From: Nannocystales bacterium
GTDB lineage: Bacteria; Myxococcota_A; Polyangia; Nannocystales; Nannocystaceae
Direction of reading: 5' to 3'
DNA length: 64,000 nt
Assembly: GCA_050633305.1 (NCBI GenBank)
Contig: JBOEGF010000016.1
Location: 70,057 to 134,056 of the forward strand
The position numbers and the translations under genes are program-made. Of this stretch, positions 27,236 through 37,064 are shown one piece after another. Below the pieces are notes generated by a model. The model was given only the letters and a program-made list of their open reading frames with translations, was not told where the DNA came from and made no database searches. How positions within the stretch are numbered: the first letter of the stretch is position 1; every line of letters starts with the position of its first letter.

Positions 27236-29128
27236 ATGCGCATGTTCGAGAAGCTCCAGTCTCTGGCGAAACGGCGCCAAGCCCTCGCCGCAGCCGCGGT
27301 TGTCGTGACCGCCACCGTAGTGGCCGCGACGCACGCACCTGACGACGAAGGTCTGGCAGCCGCCGACATCACTCCCGAATTCGTCGCGGACACGGCCGCC
27401 GAGCTGGGCATCGCCGCCTCGGATTGGACCACCGGCAACATGCTCCTCGACTTCGTCGAGCCCGAGGATGGCGAGGGCGGGTCCGAAAGCGAGATCGCGG
27501 CACTTGTGGCGCAGCTCGATGCGATGCCCGGGGTCGATGTGGAGCCCGCAGGCTTCTACAGCGACACCGAGCACCTCTACCGCTTGTCTGCATCGGCCTC
27601 CACGTGGGACCGCATCGACGACGACTTGTTGGCCAACGACCTTCTCGAGCTCGCCGAGCCTGAGATCCTGTACGCGCTGCCCAAGACCGCAGCCGCTGTC
27701 GCCGACTACGCCCCCCCCCTCTGGGAAGACCAAAAGGGCTCAGGTGAGCGCGTCGAGGTCAATGACCCGATGTTCAAGCTGCAGTGGCACATGGAGCAGA
27801 TCCACGCGCCCGAGGCTTGGACCAGCCAGCGCGGTGACGGTGTCGTCGTTGCGGTCATCGACACGGGCGTCGCGTGGAAGGACGGCTCGGGTGTCAAGAA
27901 GCTCCCCGACCTTGCCCAGACCAAGTTCACCAAGGGCGAGAGCTTCATCAGTGGCGGCCTGCCCGAGGGTCTCGACGACCACGCGCACGGCAGCCACGTG
28001 GCGGGCACCATCGCGCAGAGCACCAACAATGGTATCGGCGCCGTGGGTGTGGCGTACGAGTCCACCATCATGCCGCTCAAGGTGCTCTCCGGTGACGGGC
28101 GCGGCAGCGTGCCAGGCATCGGCAACGCCATTCGTTATGCCGCCGACAACGGCGCGCAGGTCATCAACATGAGCCTGGGCGGTCCGCTGCCTTCGCGCGT
28201 GTTGGCCAAGGCCATCGAGTACGCACACAGCAAGGGCGTCACCACCGTGTGCGCCGCGGGCAACGAATCCCGCAGCCGCGTGGGCTACCCCGCCGCCAAC
28301 AAGTACTCCGTTGCCGTCTCGGCCACCAACTACGACCGCGGGCTCACCTTCTACTCCAACTGGGGCAAGGACATCGACGTCGCCGCACCCGGTGGTGATA
28401 CGCGTAACGACCGAAACGGCGATGGTCATCCCGACGGCGTCCTGCAGAACACCATCAAGATTCAGCAGCCGATGCAGAACGACTACCTCTGGTTCCAGGG
28501 GACATCGATGGCATCGCCGCACGCCGCCGGCGTGGCTGCGCTCATCGTCGGTGAGGGCATCACCAACCCCGACGAGGTTGAGCGCATCATGAAAGAGACC
28601 GCCGTCCACCCCGGTGGTAAGAAGTGGGACAAGAAGTTCGGCGCCGGCATCATCGATGCCCAAGCGGCCGTCTCCAACGCCCACGCCGACTACGCGCCCG
28701 AGCGCGGCGGCCTCACCTTCCTGTTCGGGCTGTTCGCACTGGGCGGCATCGGCCTCGCCAGCGCACGGGGTCGCAACAAGATGTTCGGCCTGCTGGGTCT
28801 CGGCGCCGCAGCAGCGGTGGCATCTGGAGCGTTCGGCTTCGCACCGCTGGCGTACGGATTCGCCGGCCTCACCGGTACCTTCGGTTCGGGCCTCTGGATG
28901 AGCGCCGCGCTGCCCTTCGCGGCTGCCCTCATCGGCCTCAGCTACAAGCCCGCACGTCCGGTGCTGGCTGGCCTGGCACTGGGCTACGCGGCCATGCTCG
29001 CCCACGGCGCGCTGGTGCTGCCCACCCTGCTCAGCGGCGTCCCCGGTGGTGAGTTCGCCGACCGCCTGTGGCTGGCTGGAAACGCCATCGCGGCGCTCTG
29101 GCTCGCGAGCCGGATCAGCAAGAAGTAA
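27236..29128 (+). CDS. S8 (subtilisin-like) serine peptidase with C-terminal multi-TM region
   Basis: VAVIDTG, HGSHVAG, AAGN, GTSMASPH catalytic motifs; hydrophobic C-terminal helices. Confidence 0.95.
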   Translation: MRMFEKLQSLAKRRQALAAAAVVVTATVVAATHAPDDEGLAAADITPEFVADTAAELGIAASDWTTGNMLLDFVEPEDGEGGSESEIAALVAQLDAMPGVDVEPAGFYSDTEHLYRLSASASTWDRIDDDLLANDLLELAEPEILYALPKTAAAVADYAPPLWEDQKGSGERVEVNDPMFKLQWHMEQIHAPEAWTSQRGDGVVVAVIDTGVAWKDGSGVKKLPDLAQTKFTKGESFISGGLPEGLDDHAHGSHVAGTIAQSTNNGIGAVGVAYESTIMPLKVLSGDGRGSVPGIGNAIRYAADNGAQVINMSLGGPLPSRVLAKAIEYAHSKGVTTVCAAGNESRSRVGYPAANKYSVAVSATNYDRGLTFYSNWGKDIDVAAPGGDTRNDRNGDGHPDGVLQNTIKIQQPMQNDYLWFQGTSMASPHAAGVAALIVGEGITNPDEVERIMKETAVHPGGKKWDKKFGAGIIDAQAAVSNAHADYAPERGGLTFLFGLFALGGIGLASARGRNKMFGLLGLGAAAAVASGAFGFAPLAYGFAGLTGTFGSGLWMSAALPFAAALIGLSYKPARPVLAGLALGYAAMLAHGALVLPTLLSGVPGGEFADRLWLAGNAIAALWLASRISKK

Positions 29129-29152
29129 ACCGAAGCGCTACGGCGCTTGATG

Positions 29153-29182
29153 AGGGGGAGTCCGCAGGGGCTCCCCTTTTTC
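29153..29182 (+). terminator. Rho-independent terminator after the S8 peptidase gene
   Basis: AGGGGGAGTCC-GCA-GGGGCTCCCCT hairpin followed by TTTTT. Confidence 0.8.
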
Positions 29183-29212
29183 TGTGGTTGCCCCATGGTA
29201 TCCCGGCTGTCG

Positions 29213-29698
29213 ATGGTCGCTCCGCTTCGTCACCGTCGCTTCGATCTCATGCTGGTCGCGTGGTTCGTGGTGTTCGCGTTCACGTCCTTGGTGATGGAGA
29301 TGTACATCACCTTCCGCGTCGACCTGGCGTCGGCGACCGACCCGTTTGGCCGGGTGTGGTTTTGGTACGCGAACTCGTTCGACCCGGTCTTCCTCGACCC
29401 GCCGTACTTCCTATGGCTGATGTGCACGCTCGACGGCTTCGTGTTTGGGCCGTTCTACTTGGTGCTGATCGCGGCGTTCGTTCGCGGATGGAACTGGATT
29501 CGGCTTCCGGCGATCATCTATGTTAGCGCGATCGTCTACTCGACCGCGATCTACTTTGGCGTGGAGTTCGCCGAGGAGGCCCATCGCGCTGACTTGCCGA
29601 TGGTGTTGCTGATCAACATCCCGTACACGATCGTGCCAATAGTCCTATTGGGCCGAGTATGGCGGCCGGACGTGTTTGCGACCGGCGCGGCCGAGTGA
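29213..29698 (+). CDS. EXPERA/emopamil-binding-protein family membrane protein (sterol isomerase/TMEM97-like)
   Basis: Four TM helices; W.WY..FDP.FL.PP...L.GFVFGP...N.PY..VP pattern. Alternative ATG at 29195. Confidence 0.75.
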   Translation: MVAPLRHRRFDLMLVAWFVVFAFTSLVMEMYITFRVDLASATDPFGRVWFWYANSFDPVFLDPPYFLWLMCTLDGFVFGPFYLVLIAAFVRGWNWIRLPAIIYVSAIVYSTAIYFGVEFAEEAHRADLPMVLLINIPYTIVPIVLLGRVWRPDVFATGAAE

Positions 29699-29712
29699 GT
29701 GGGCACTCCCTG

Positions 29713-30294
29713 TCAGAACCGCCCGGACACCACCGCTCCGCCGCCTGATGCAGTCGCGATGGGGTGGACCCTCACTTGCTCGGGAAGACCGAGCTCGGCC
29801 CGCAGCCGCCTGTTCTTCTCGTTGACGAGTTTGCCGACCTCGGCTGGGGTCACGGGGTGAGGCGAGAGCGCGGTGGCGAATCCGATTGGCACCATGCTGC
29901 CAAACATCAGCACGACGCCGCTACCGAGGAGTGCGTTGGCCGTGCGTCCACTGGCGGCGATGTAGCCGAGGCTTAGGCCGGCTCCGGTGGCGAGAAGGCC
30001 AATGCCAACGCCGCCGAGGATCTTCTTCCGCTTCGACCGTGCTCGATAGGCGATGGCGAGATCAGGCCGGTCCACGTACGCATAGAACTGGGGTCCGACC
30101 AGCTCGCGTCCGTCACCCGTACGGGTTTGGAAGCGCTTCGGGACGATCTCTCGGCCGCCATGGTCGTCGATCGCAAACACGGTGTCGACGGTGACTCTGC
30201 GGTTGTCGTACTCGCGAAGTACGGTCTCCAGCCCCGGTCGCGGGGTCGTCGCAGCCACCATGCTGGCGACGAGGCAACCGTAGAGAACAGCCAT
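29713..30294 (-). CDS. Hypothetical membrane protein
   Basis: Signal-like N-terminus, two Gly-rich hydrophobic segments, C-terminal ...GGGAVVSGRF strand typical of myxobacterial envelope proteins. Confidence 0.65.
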   Translation of the reverse strand: MAVLYGCLVASMVAATTPRPGLETVLREYDNRRVTVDTVFAIDDHGGREIVPKRFQTRTGDGRELVGPQFYAYVDRPDLAIAYRARSKRKKILGGVGIGLLATGAGLSLGYIAASGRTANALLGSGVVLMFGSMVPIGFATALSPHPVTPAEVGKLVNEKNRRLRAELGLPEQVRVHPIATASGGGAVVSGRF

Positions 30295-30439
30295 GCGATC
30301 CGAGCCCGATAATAGCAACCTTTGGGTGGTGACGGGGACCTGATGGCGGGGGCTGGGCTCCTTCGCGGGTGGCCAGGACAGGGACTCCTCTCCGCACAGC
30401 AAGAGGTCGTCGAGGTACACCCCCCACTGGCGGGACGAC

Positions 30440-31099
30440 TCAGCATCCGCAGGGACCCTCGTCGATCTTGAACACAAGTCGACGCAGCTCACGATCGACG
30501 ATCGGCGGAGACCGGTGCACTGCGCCCGAGCCCCGCCCTTCGCCAAACCCTTCACCCTTCAGAAGCAAGATGTCGCCGGTCTTGCACTGCTGAATCGCGT
30601 CACGATGTTGGAGGACGGAGCGGTTGGCCTCGTCGATATCGACGTCGATGCGGGCGAGGTTGGAGCGCACGACATCCTCGTTGCGAACCCATTGGGTCCC
30701 GGGTCCCGAGTAGGTGCAGAGCAGCCGGACCGAGACGTGATCGACATGGAGCTTGCGGCACCCGTCGTGCTCCACGACGGAGAGCTGACCATGGACGTGA
30801 CGGCGTCCGAGGAGCGCACCGTAGTCCCGGGTGATCGATGCGATGTCCTGCTCGAGGAATCGCCGAGCGACGGGATTCAAAATCGGTTGAAGGAGCTCTT
30901 CCAGGTCGGGTTGCGCTGCGTCGAGGTTTGCCCCGTGCTCGAACGCGTCCCCACGCGCGACTTCGTCCAGGGCAGCGGCGACGGAGGCGTGCGTGGTTCG
31001 CTCGACTACGAGCACGTTGACCCCGAACTCGAGCAGTTCGCCGAAGGGTTGGGGGCTCCGCGCTGATGCCGGCTGCGTGAGGGCGTGAATGGGGTGCAC
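30440..31099 (-). CDS. DUF1826-family protein (2OG-Fe(II) oxygenase-like, associated with zinc starvation)
   Basis: CRKLHVDHVSVRLLCTYSGPGTQW...LLKG...VHRSP. Confidence 0.88.
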   Translation of the reverse strand: MHPIHALTQPASARSPQPFGELLEFGVNVLVVERTTHASVAAALDEVARGDAFEHGANLDAAQPDLEELLQPILNPVARRFLEQDIASITRDYGALLGRRHVHGQLSVVEHDGCRKLHVDHVSVRLLCTYSGPGTQWVRNEDVVRSNLARIDVDIDEANRSVLQHRDAIQQCKTGDILLLKGEGFGEGRGSGAVHRSPPIVDRELRRLVFKIDEGPCGC

Positions 31100-31130
31100 C
31101 CCGTTCTTCTAGACGCAGCGCGCACTTACT

Positions 31131-31145
31131 TGCAAATCAATTGCA
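31131..31145. promoter_or_regulatory. Putative Zur-type box upstream of the DUF1826 gene
   Basis: Perfect TGCAA-ATCAA-TTGCA. Confidence 0.7.
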
Positions 31146-31409
31146 TGAGCGGGTCGCGACCGGAGTCTACGCTCTCCAACTGACGCTGCGGTAGCGGCGC
31201 TCACGAGCTCCGCCGTCGTGCGCCCAACGCTGCACCCAGTCTCGCACCGCGGGTACCGTGCGGCCATGCTTGCGCGACACGGATGGCGGAGCTGACGGTC
31301 CACCTGGGGCATGCATCGAGAGTGAAGCGCTCTGCGCCTTGTTTCTGCCACCGGACTGAGGACGGCCCTGGCCGCGTCACCCAGCGGCGGATACTGTGGT
31401 CATCCTCCG

Positions 31410-32243
31410 GTGGATGACGGCAAAGCCAGTTTACCCGCATCTGTGGAGAAGGTCGTCGAAGGTCTCCGCGGGCGGGACACGGTTCCTCCGGAGGAGGTGC
31501 GGGATCTGCTTCTCGATGCGCCGGTCATGCCCGAGGAACTCGAACCGTGGGAGGACTTCGACCACCCGGTCAACGACAGCTACGGACGAAGGCTCGCCTA
31601 CACGCGTTCCGGCCTCGAGGTCCTGGTGGTCTCGTGGGCCCCCGGGGATTTCTCCGCGATTCATGACCACGGTGGTACGCAGTGGGGAGCAGTCCAGGTG
31701 TTTGGGCCCGCGGAGCACGCGACGTTTTCGATCGACGGAGGGGAGCTCTCGACCCGCTCCCGCAGACGTCTTCGCCCCCGTGAGGTCCTCACCGTAAGTC
31801 ACGATCTGGTTCACCAAATGGGCAACCCAAGCGGCGAGCGATTCACGAGCTTGCACATCTATGGGACGGCGGCACACGTCCCCTCGGTGACCGCGAATGC
31901 CCGCGTCTTCGACCCGCAGGAGCAACGGATTCTGCGGGTCGACGGCGGGGTGTTCTTCCGACTGCCGGCCTGCGCGATCAAAGAGGAGGAGCCAGGTCCG
32001 CTCGGCGATGCTCCGACCATCCTTCGCGACCTCGGCGAGCAGATTCGTCGACTGGCCCGGATTCAGGCCGAACGTGGTGCCCACGCAGACGCACTGGCCA
32101 GCGCGATCCGTCGTTGGTCCGCGATGCTCAGGGAGGTGGCTGCTTTCGCTCGCGACCAGGAGGTCGATGCTCCTGGGACGTTGGTGCTGAACGAAGAGTT
32201 GAAGGCCGCCGCCCGCCTGCAAGCAGACCTCGACGCCCTCTAG
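31410..32243 (+). CDS. Cysteine dioxygenase type I-like cupin
   Basis: YGRRL...W.PG..SAIHDHG...VHQMGN...SLHIY. Confidence 0.85.
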   Translation: MDDGKASLPASVEKVVEGLRGRDTVPPEEVRDLLLDAPVMPEELEPWEDFDHPVNDSYGRRLAYTRSGLEVLVVSWAPGDFSAIHDHGGTQWGAVQVFGPAEHATFSIDGGELSTRSRRRLRPREVLTVSHDLVHQMGNPSGERFTSLHIYGTAAHVPSVTANARVFDPQEQRILRVDGGVFFRLPACAIKEEEPGPLGDAPTILRDLGEQIRRLARIQAERGAHADALASAIRRWSAMLREVAAFARDQEVDAPGTLVLNEELKAAARLQADLDAL

Positions 32244-32252
32244 GGACGCCCC

Positions 32253-33245
32253 CTAGAGTTCGCTCATCCAGAAGTCGAGGGTGGGTCCGCTGATGTCGTG
32301 AGCACAGTGTGTCGCTCCAGGGTGCACGAGCTGGCCGGTCATGAAGCCCATCTCCGTGTACTCGGCGTAGCTCTCGGCCGACGGTTGCGCGAGGAAGTCC
32401 TGGTCGCCGTAGTTCATGTACAGCGAGTTGAGGGCGACGATCTCGGGGGAGTCGTCGGGAACCCACTCCCATCCGAACGAGACGCCCGAACCGCCACAGT
32501 TTGCGACGAAGATGCCTGGGACACGATGGCCAGCAGCGGGGATGAGCGAGCTGGTCGTGAACCAGGACCCTCCCGATACGCCCCAGTACAGGGTCCGGTC
32601 CTCGACCACGTCGTACGCGTCGATGAAGGCCTCGAGCGTTGTTGCGACCATGTCGGCGTGGACGGGCTGGGCTGCACCGAACGAAGGATCGGTGTCTCCG
32701 TCGTAGCTCGCCGGAGATCGGATGCCGATGACGAGGTAGTCCTGCGGGATGGCCCAGTCGAGGATGTCCTGACTGAAGCCCCAGTTGTCGGTGTAGTCGG
32801 CGCCACCGTCCCCGTGCAGAAACACGACCAGGCGCTGGGCGGGAGCGGGTTCATCCAGGGGGAAGAACTTCACCTCGAGCTCTCCGACGGTGGCGCGGCA
32901 TCCCTGGCGTCCCGCATGTTCGAACGGGTCGTCGCAGGCGAAGCCCTCGGGGGGGTCGACGGGCCCGCCGGTTGTCGGCTCGGCGGTCTCTCCTGCGGTC
33001 CCTGAACCGCTCGGGTCGCTGTCACTCTCGTCGGTGGTCTCGACGCCCGAATCGCTGGTGCTTGCTTGGGTGTCGCCCTCGGTCGCGTTGGACCCGTTGG
33101 CGTTGGAGGAGGCCGACGGATCGTTGCTGTCGGAGGCGCCGGTTCCTCCGTCGGTTCCGCCGTCGGTGTCTGCGTCGTTGGAGTCCGAGTCGCACCCAGG
33201 CGCGAAGCACAGAGCCAACGCGAACACGCGGGACCAAGTCTTCAT
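32253..33245 (-). CDS. Lipoprotein with alpha/beta-hydrolase domain
   Basis: Lipobox APGC; S/T linker; VFLHGDG, WGVSGGS nucleophile elbow, D and H (GATHC). Confidence 0.8.
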   Translation of the reverse strand: MKTWSRVFALALCFAPGCDSDSNDADTDGGTDGGTGASDSNDPSASSNANGSNATEGDTQASTSDSGVETTDESDSDPSGSGTAGETAEPTTGGPVDPPEGFACDDPFEHAGRQGCRATVGELEVKFFPLDEPAPAQRLVVFLHGDGGADYTDNWGFSQDILDWAIPQDYLVIGIRSPASYDGDTDPSFGAAQPVHADMVATTLEAFIDAYDVVEDRTLYWGVSGGSWFTTSSLIPAAGHRVPGIFVANCGGSGVSFGWEWVPDDSPEIVALNSLYMNYGDQDFLAQPSAESYAEYTEMGFMTGQLVHPGATHCAHDISGPTLDFWMSEL

Positions 33246-33451
33246 GCTGCTGTCGTTGTCCCGGTGCGCGACGTTTGCCATCCACCCAACTGTGTCATGC
33301 CCCACCGCTCTCGTGGGGTGGGGCCCTTGCTGAATCACGAAGGGACTTCAGTGGCTGGGCATACGAAACACCGTCGCAGTCGCTCACCTGCCCGGATACC
33401 GGGCTACGCTGCCCGACATTGTAGCAGGTCGTGGCGTGTACTCCCGCGGTC

Positions 33452-34498
33452 CTACCGAGCGCAGCAGATCGTCACGGGACCCGTGGGCGCAACGTCCCCG
33501 GTGATGGGCGCGGTGCCCGTGCCGCCGCAGGTGATCGTGGACGGACCTGGCTCGTACGTTGCCGCTGCGACGTTGGCATTGCCGGTCATCTCGCAGTCGG
33601 AGTTTGTCGCCGTGAGGATGTCCCCACAGGCTTCGGTCTGGAGGGTGATGCTGGAGTCGCACAACCCCTCAGGGGTGCCACAGTCGCAGGCCCCACACTC
33701 CCGTTGGTCGTCCGACCCGCCGAAGCCAAGAGTCGCCTCGGGATAGCCATCGGGGCAGCTGTGTTCGCCCTCTCTCCAGATACAGACGTCGGTGTTGTCA
33801 GCGATGCAAGGACCGCCGTCGTCGCACATGCTTGGTTCTGCCGTCGGAGAGCACAGTTGCACCGAGTCTGCGAACCCACCTTCGTTGAAGGTCGCGACCC
33901 CGTCGCAGGTGCCCGACTCGATCAGCACGGGTCCGATGGTCACGAAGTCCATCGAGAGCGCAGAGGCGGCTCCGTCGTCGTCCAGGGACGCTGGGAACGG
34001 CCCTTCAATGGATGTGCATGCCGTAGCATCGATGTCGACGGTGAAGTCAGGATCTCCTGCACAGCCGCCTTCGCCCCAAACCTGCACTTCGACGGTATCG
34101 GCGCACGCGGCATCGACCGGCTGACAGTCACAGCTGCAGCTTTCCTCGCCGGGGTCGAAGTCCGTGAAGAAGGCGCCCGCTGGGTCGGCAAAGCCGCCGT
34201 TGCAGTCGACCGCGTTGTCGCCCGCCTTGACCGGCCCTGTCCATCCGCTGGGGATGACCGCGGCGCAGGTTCCCGAACACAGGCCGGGGCCGTCGGTCGT
34301 GGCGGGTGGTGCGGTGGTTTCGCTCGACGCGTCTTGGCCGGTGCTGCTGGAACTCGTGGGGGCAGTTGGATCGACGTCGCCCGTGGAGGCGGGGTCGCTC
34401 GACGAGGATGAACTGTCCGTCGCTGCACCCCCGGAGCTGTCGTCGCCGCAGCCCGTCCCAAGGACCATGATCGCGAGAAAGGAGCCGAGGCGCTTCAT
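33452..34498 (-). CDS. Cys-rich lipoprotein
   Basis: MKRLGSFLAIMVLGTGC-GDD; S/T linker; many Cys; ends TICCAR. Confidence 0.8.
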   Translation of the reverse strand: MKRLGSFLAIMVLGTGCGDDSSGGAATDSSSSSSDPASTGDVDPTAPTSSSSTGQDASSETTAPPATTDGPGLCSGTCAAVIPSGWTGPVKAGDNAVDCNGGFADPAGAFFTDFDPGEESCSCDCQPVDAACADTVEVQVWGEGGCAGDPDFTVDIDATACTSIEGPFPASLDDDGAASALSMDFVTIGPVLIESGTCDGVATFNEGGFADSVQLCSPTAEPSMCDDGGPCIADNTDVCIWREGEHSCPDGYPEATLGFGGSDDQRECGACDCGTPEGLCDSSITLQTEACGDILTATNSDCEMTGNANVAAATYEPGPSTITCGGTGTAPITGDVAPTGPVTICCAR

Positions 34499-34536
34499 GC
34501 TCAGACGGTACGCGAACGAGTGCCCGACAAACAAGT

Positions 34537-34968
34537 TCAGTCGAGGCCGAGCCGGGCCTTCATCGCCGAGAGTTCGTCGTCGAGGGCGGTCTCCTGGGCG
34601 CGCACCTCCTCCCGACGGCGCTTGGCCTGGGCTTCGCGCTGCTTCTTTCGTTCGGCCTCGGCTTTGGCTTGCGCTTCTGCCCGTTCAGCCTGGGCTTTCG
34701 CCTCGGCCTTGGCACGCTTGGCTTTCTCGCGGGGGCTGAGGTTCGGCTCCAGCGTGCGGTCCAGGCTCATGACTTCGCTGCACTCGCTGCACGCAAATGC
34801 TGTGGACTCCGTGTCGAACAGGTCGACGACGGCATACGCGGTGTACGTCTTCTCCACCTTCACTTCGATGAACGTCGTGTCGGCGCCGCAGTCAGGGCAC
34901 TTTCGTCGTTCACGGCGCCCGCCTTTGACCGGGCGAACCTTTGACTTGCGCCCGAAGAAGAACCACAT
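34537..34968 (-). CDS. Zinc-ribbon protein with C-terminal coiled coil
   Basis: MWFFFG...CPDCG...CSEC; charged coiled coil ending LDDELSAMKARLG (PspA-like terminal helix). Confidence 0.75.
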   Translation of the reverse strand: MWFFFGRKSKVRPVKGGRRERRKCPDCGADTTFIEVKVEKTYTAYAVVDLFDTESTAFACSECSEVMSLDRTLEPNLSPREKAKRAKAEAKAQAERAEAQAKAEAERKKQREAQAKRRREEVRAQETALDDELSAMKARLGLD

Positions 34969-34990
34969 GAGCCCAAGGGTACGCTTTTGA

Positions 34991-35929
34991 TCAGCGGTCG
35001 TCCTCTTCGGGTTCCTCGCAGCCAACCGCGTCGAACGTGCCTTCGACTTGGCCCTCGCAGTCGTCGTTCTCGGTGCAGGTCACGTCGGGAAATGGGGTTT
35101 CCTCGTAGAGGGGAGTCCACATGGAGAACCGACCCGCGTCGACGCAGTAGTCGAACACGCCTTGCGACTCACCGGCCTCGGAGGTCAGCAGCAGGCCACC
35201 CCCGAATAGATCCCACGTTCCGGTCTGAGCATCCGGAGACAGGACTGTGTACGTGCAGTCGCAACCCCCACCTGCGGCGTCCGCACATGTCATGTCGAAC
35301 TCTGGCCCTTTGCTGAGGGCCGTCCCGAACTCTTCGCACTCGAGCCCTGCACACGCCACCGAGTCGACCTGCAAGTCGGCTTGGAGCTGCGTGGTCTGAT
35401 CGATCTCGTACGTTCCGTCTTCGTTGAACGTGCGTGTTCCGCTGAGCATGCTTCCGGTGATCTGCTGGGTCGCGCCGGGGCAAATCTCGTCGAAGAAGTT
35501 GGGCAAGGCCTCGTAGCCGCAGGAATCCTCCGCCGTCCAGGTTCCCACGACGTCTCCTTCACATGGGGCGGGCTCGGTCGTGCAGACCGGGTCGCCAACG
35601 GCAGTTCCGTCCGTGTAGACCTGATGGGTAAACCCGAGGAACGAGTATCCGTAGCAGATGTTTTCCTCGGTGGTGCCCGTGGATGACTCGTCCGCCCCGC
35701 CCGTCGTCGAGGTTTCTGCGCTGCCCGAGGAACTCGAGGTGGACTCACTCCCGGTGTCGCCCGACGAACTCGAACTCGTGGAGGCGGTCGTGGGGAGGTC
35801 GGAAGTCGTGGAGTCCGACGTGGAGCCCATCTCGGTGTCGGTGCCCGAGTCGGTGTCCTCTTCGGCGTCGCTCGTGCAAGCGGGGAGTGCGAGGATGACT
35901 ATCGAGGCGAGCAAGGACCGGCAATGCAT
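34991..35929 (-). CDS. Hypothetical lipoprotein
   Basis: Lipobox LPAC; S/T linker; CEGDVVGTW...YCV lipocalin-like beta domain. Confidence 0.75.
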   Translation of the reverse strand: MHCRSLLASIVILALPACTSDAEEDTDSGTDTEMGSTSDSTTSDLPTTASTSSSSSGDTGSESTSSSSGSAETSTTGGADESSTGTTEENICYGYSFLGFTHQVYTDGTAVGDPVCTTEPAPCEGDVVGTWTAEDSCGYEALPNFFDEICPGATQQITGSMLSGTRTFNEDGTYEIDQTTQLQADLQVDSVACAGLECEEFGTALSKGPEFDMTCADAAGGGCDCTYTVLSPDAQTGTWDLFGGGLLLTSEAGESQGVFDYCVDAGRFSMWTPLYEETPFPDVTCTENDDCEGQVEGTFDAVGCEEPEEDDR

Positions 35930-36062
35930 GCGTCCAATTTGAGCCAGGTTCGTGTCAGCGCCAAGAGGCACAAGTCACGAGCTGGCGGGGGCGCCGAGCG
36001 AGTCCATGGCAACGAAGGGCCAGTTGCCCTGCACGGCATCCGAATGCTAGGCGTAGCGAGTC

Positions 36063-37031
36063 TTGCTCACCTTGAGTGTCGCTTTGTGGTCGGCGCTGTC
36101 GCCCCCGGTCGAGGTCGGCTGGTCCGGCTCTTGCGATGCCCCTGACGCCGTCGAGCTCGCTGTCGTCGCCGAGCTCGAGGGAACACAAGACGAGGCGCGC
36201 TGGGTCCCGGTCGATGTCCAGGTCGGGGTGCATGAGGCTGAGGGCGTGTTTACGGCAGATGTCCTTCTTGTGACGGAGTCTGGCGAAACCGCTCGCACCC
36301 TGCAGGCCGGGACGTGCGAGGAACTTCATCAGGCGCTCGGTCTGATGATCGCGATTCACGTCGACCCCTTCGCGGGCGAACCCGAACCTGAACCTGAACC
36401 TGAACCCGAACCCGAACCCGAACCCGAACCCATTTCGGTCGTGCCGGGGCCCGTCGATTCGGCGCCTCCCGATTCGATACCGCCCCCGGAGCCTCCCCCC
36501 GCTGAACGCCCCGTGTTCGGGCCCGAGCGCGGTGCCGGCCTGCTCCGTGTTGGCGTGGGTCTGACCATGGGTCTTCTCCCGCGTGCGGCCCCCACATTCG
36601 AACTCGCCGGCGGCTGGTCTCGCGGCCACCTTCGACTGGCTGGGCACTTCGACTATCTCCCGCCGCAACTGGAGGAGGTCTCGGATGGAAGCATCTCACT
36701 ACAGGCTTGGTCCGCGAGCGGGCAGGCGTGCGGCGTGTTGTTCGCCCGGGCCCTGAGCGTGCCGCTGTGTGGGGAAGTTGGAGCGGGCGCGGTTCACGGG
36801 AGTGCGGCCGGGTTCGTCGAGACGGACACCGATGCCAGGCTTCAAGCGCTCGCAACCGCGTCGGTGGGCGTGGACTGGGCGATCGCGCCCGGGTTTTCGT
36901 TCTGGGCTCGGGTCGAGGGAGGAGCGACGTTGGCCCGGCCAAGCTTCGAAATTCAGGGTCTGGGGACGGTCTTTGCTGCCGAGGCGTGGCGAGCCGGGGC
37001 GACGATCGGCGTGGGATACGATTTTTTGTGA
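36063..37031 (+). CDS. Outer-membrane beta-barrel-like protein with (EP)9 linker
   Basis: Periplasmic N-domain, EP repeat, alternating beta strands ending GVGYDFL; first gene of an ECF module. Confidence 0.7.
   Translation: MLTLSVALWSALSPPVEVGWSGSCDAPDAVELAVVAELEGTQDEARWVPVDVQVGVHEAEGVFTADVLLVTESGETARTLQAGTCEELHQALGLMIAIHVDPFAGEPEPEPEPEPEPEPEPEPISVVPGPVDSAPPDSIPPPEPPPAERPVFGPERGAGLLRVGVGLTMGLLPRAAPTFELAGGWSRGHLRLAGHFDYLPPQLEEVSDGSISLQAWSASGQACGVLFARALSVPLCGEVGAGAVHGSAAGFVETDTDARLQALATASVGVDWAIAPGFSFWARVEGGATLARPSFEIQGLGTVFAAEAWRAGATIGVGYDFL
36378..36431 (+). repeat. Coding hexanucleotide tandem repeat (GAACCY)x9
   Basis: Encodes EPEPEPEPEPEPEPEPEP. Confidence 0.9.
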
Positions 37032-37064
37032 CGGGTTGCCCACGTCCGCTGCAACTCGTCCCGC

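Noticed and set aside
27711..27719. C9 homopolymer in the S8 peptidase gene (also G8 at 42365-42372) as contingency loci
   Set aside because: Reading frames are intact and the runs correspond to Pro codons in a high-GC genome; no evidence of slippage.
36378..36431. (GAACCY)9 repeat as a CRISPR array or phase-variation tract
   Set aside because: In-frame hexamer encoding a Glu-Pro linker; no spacers or cas genes.
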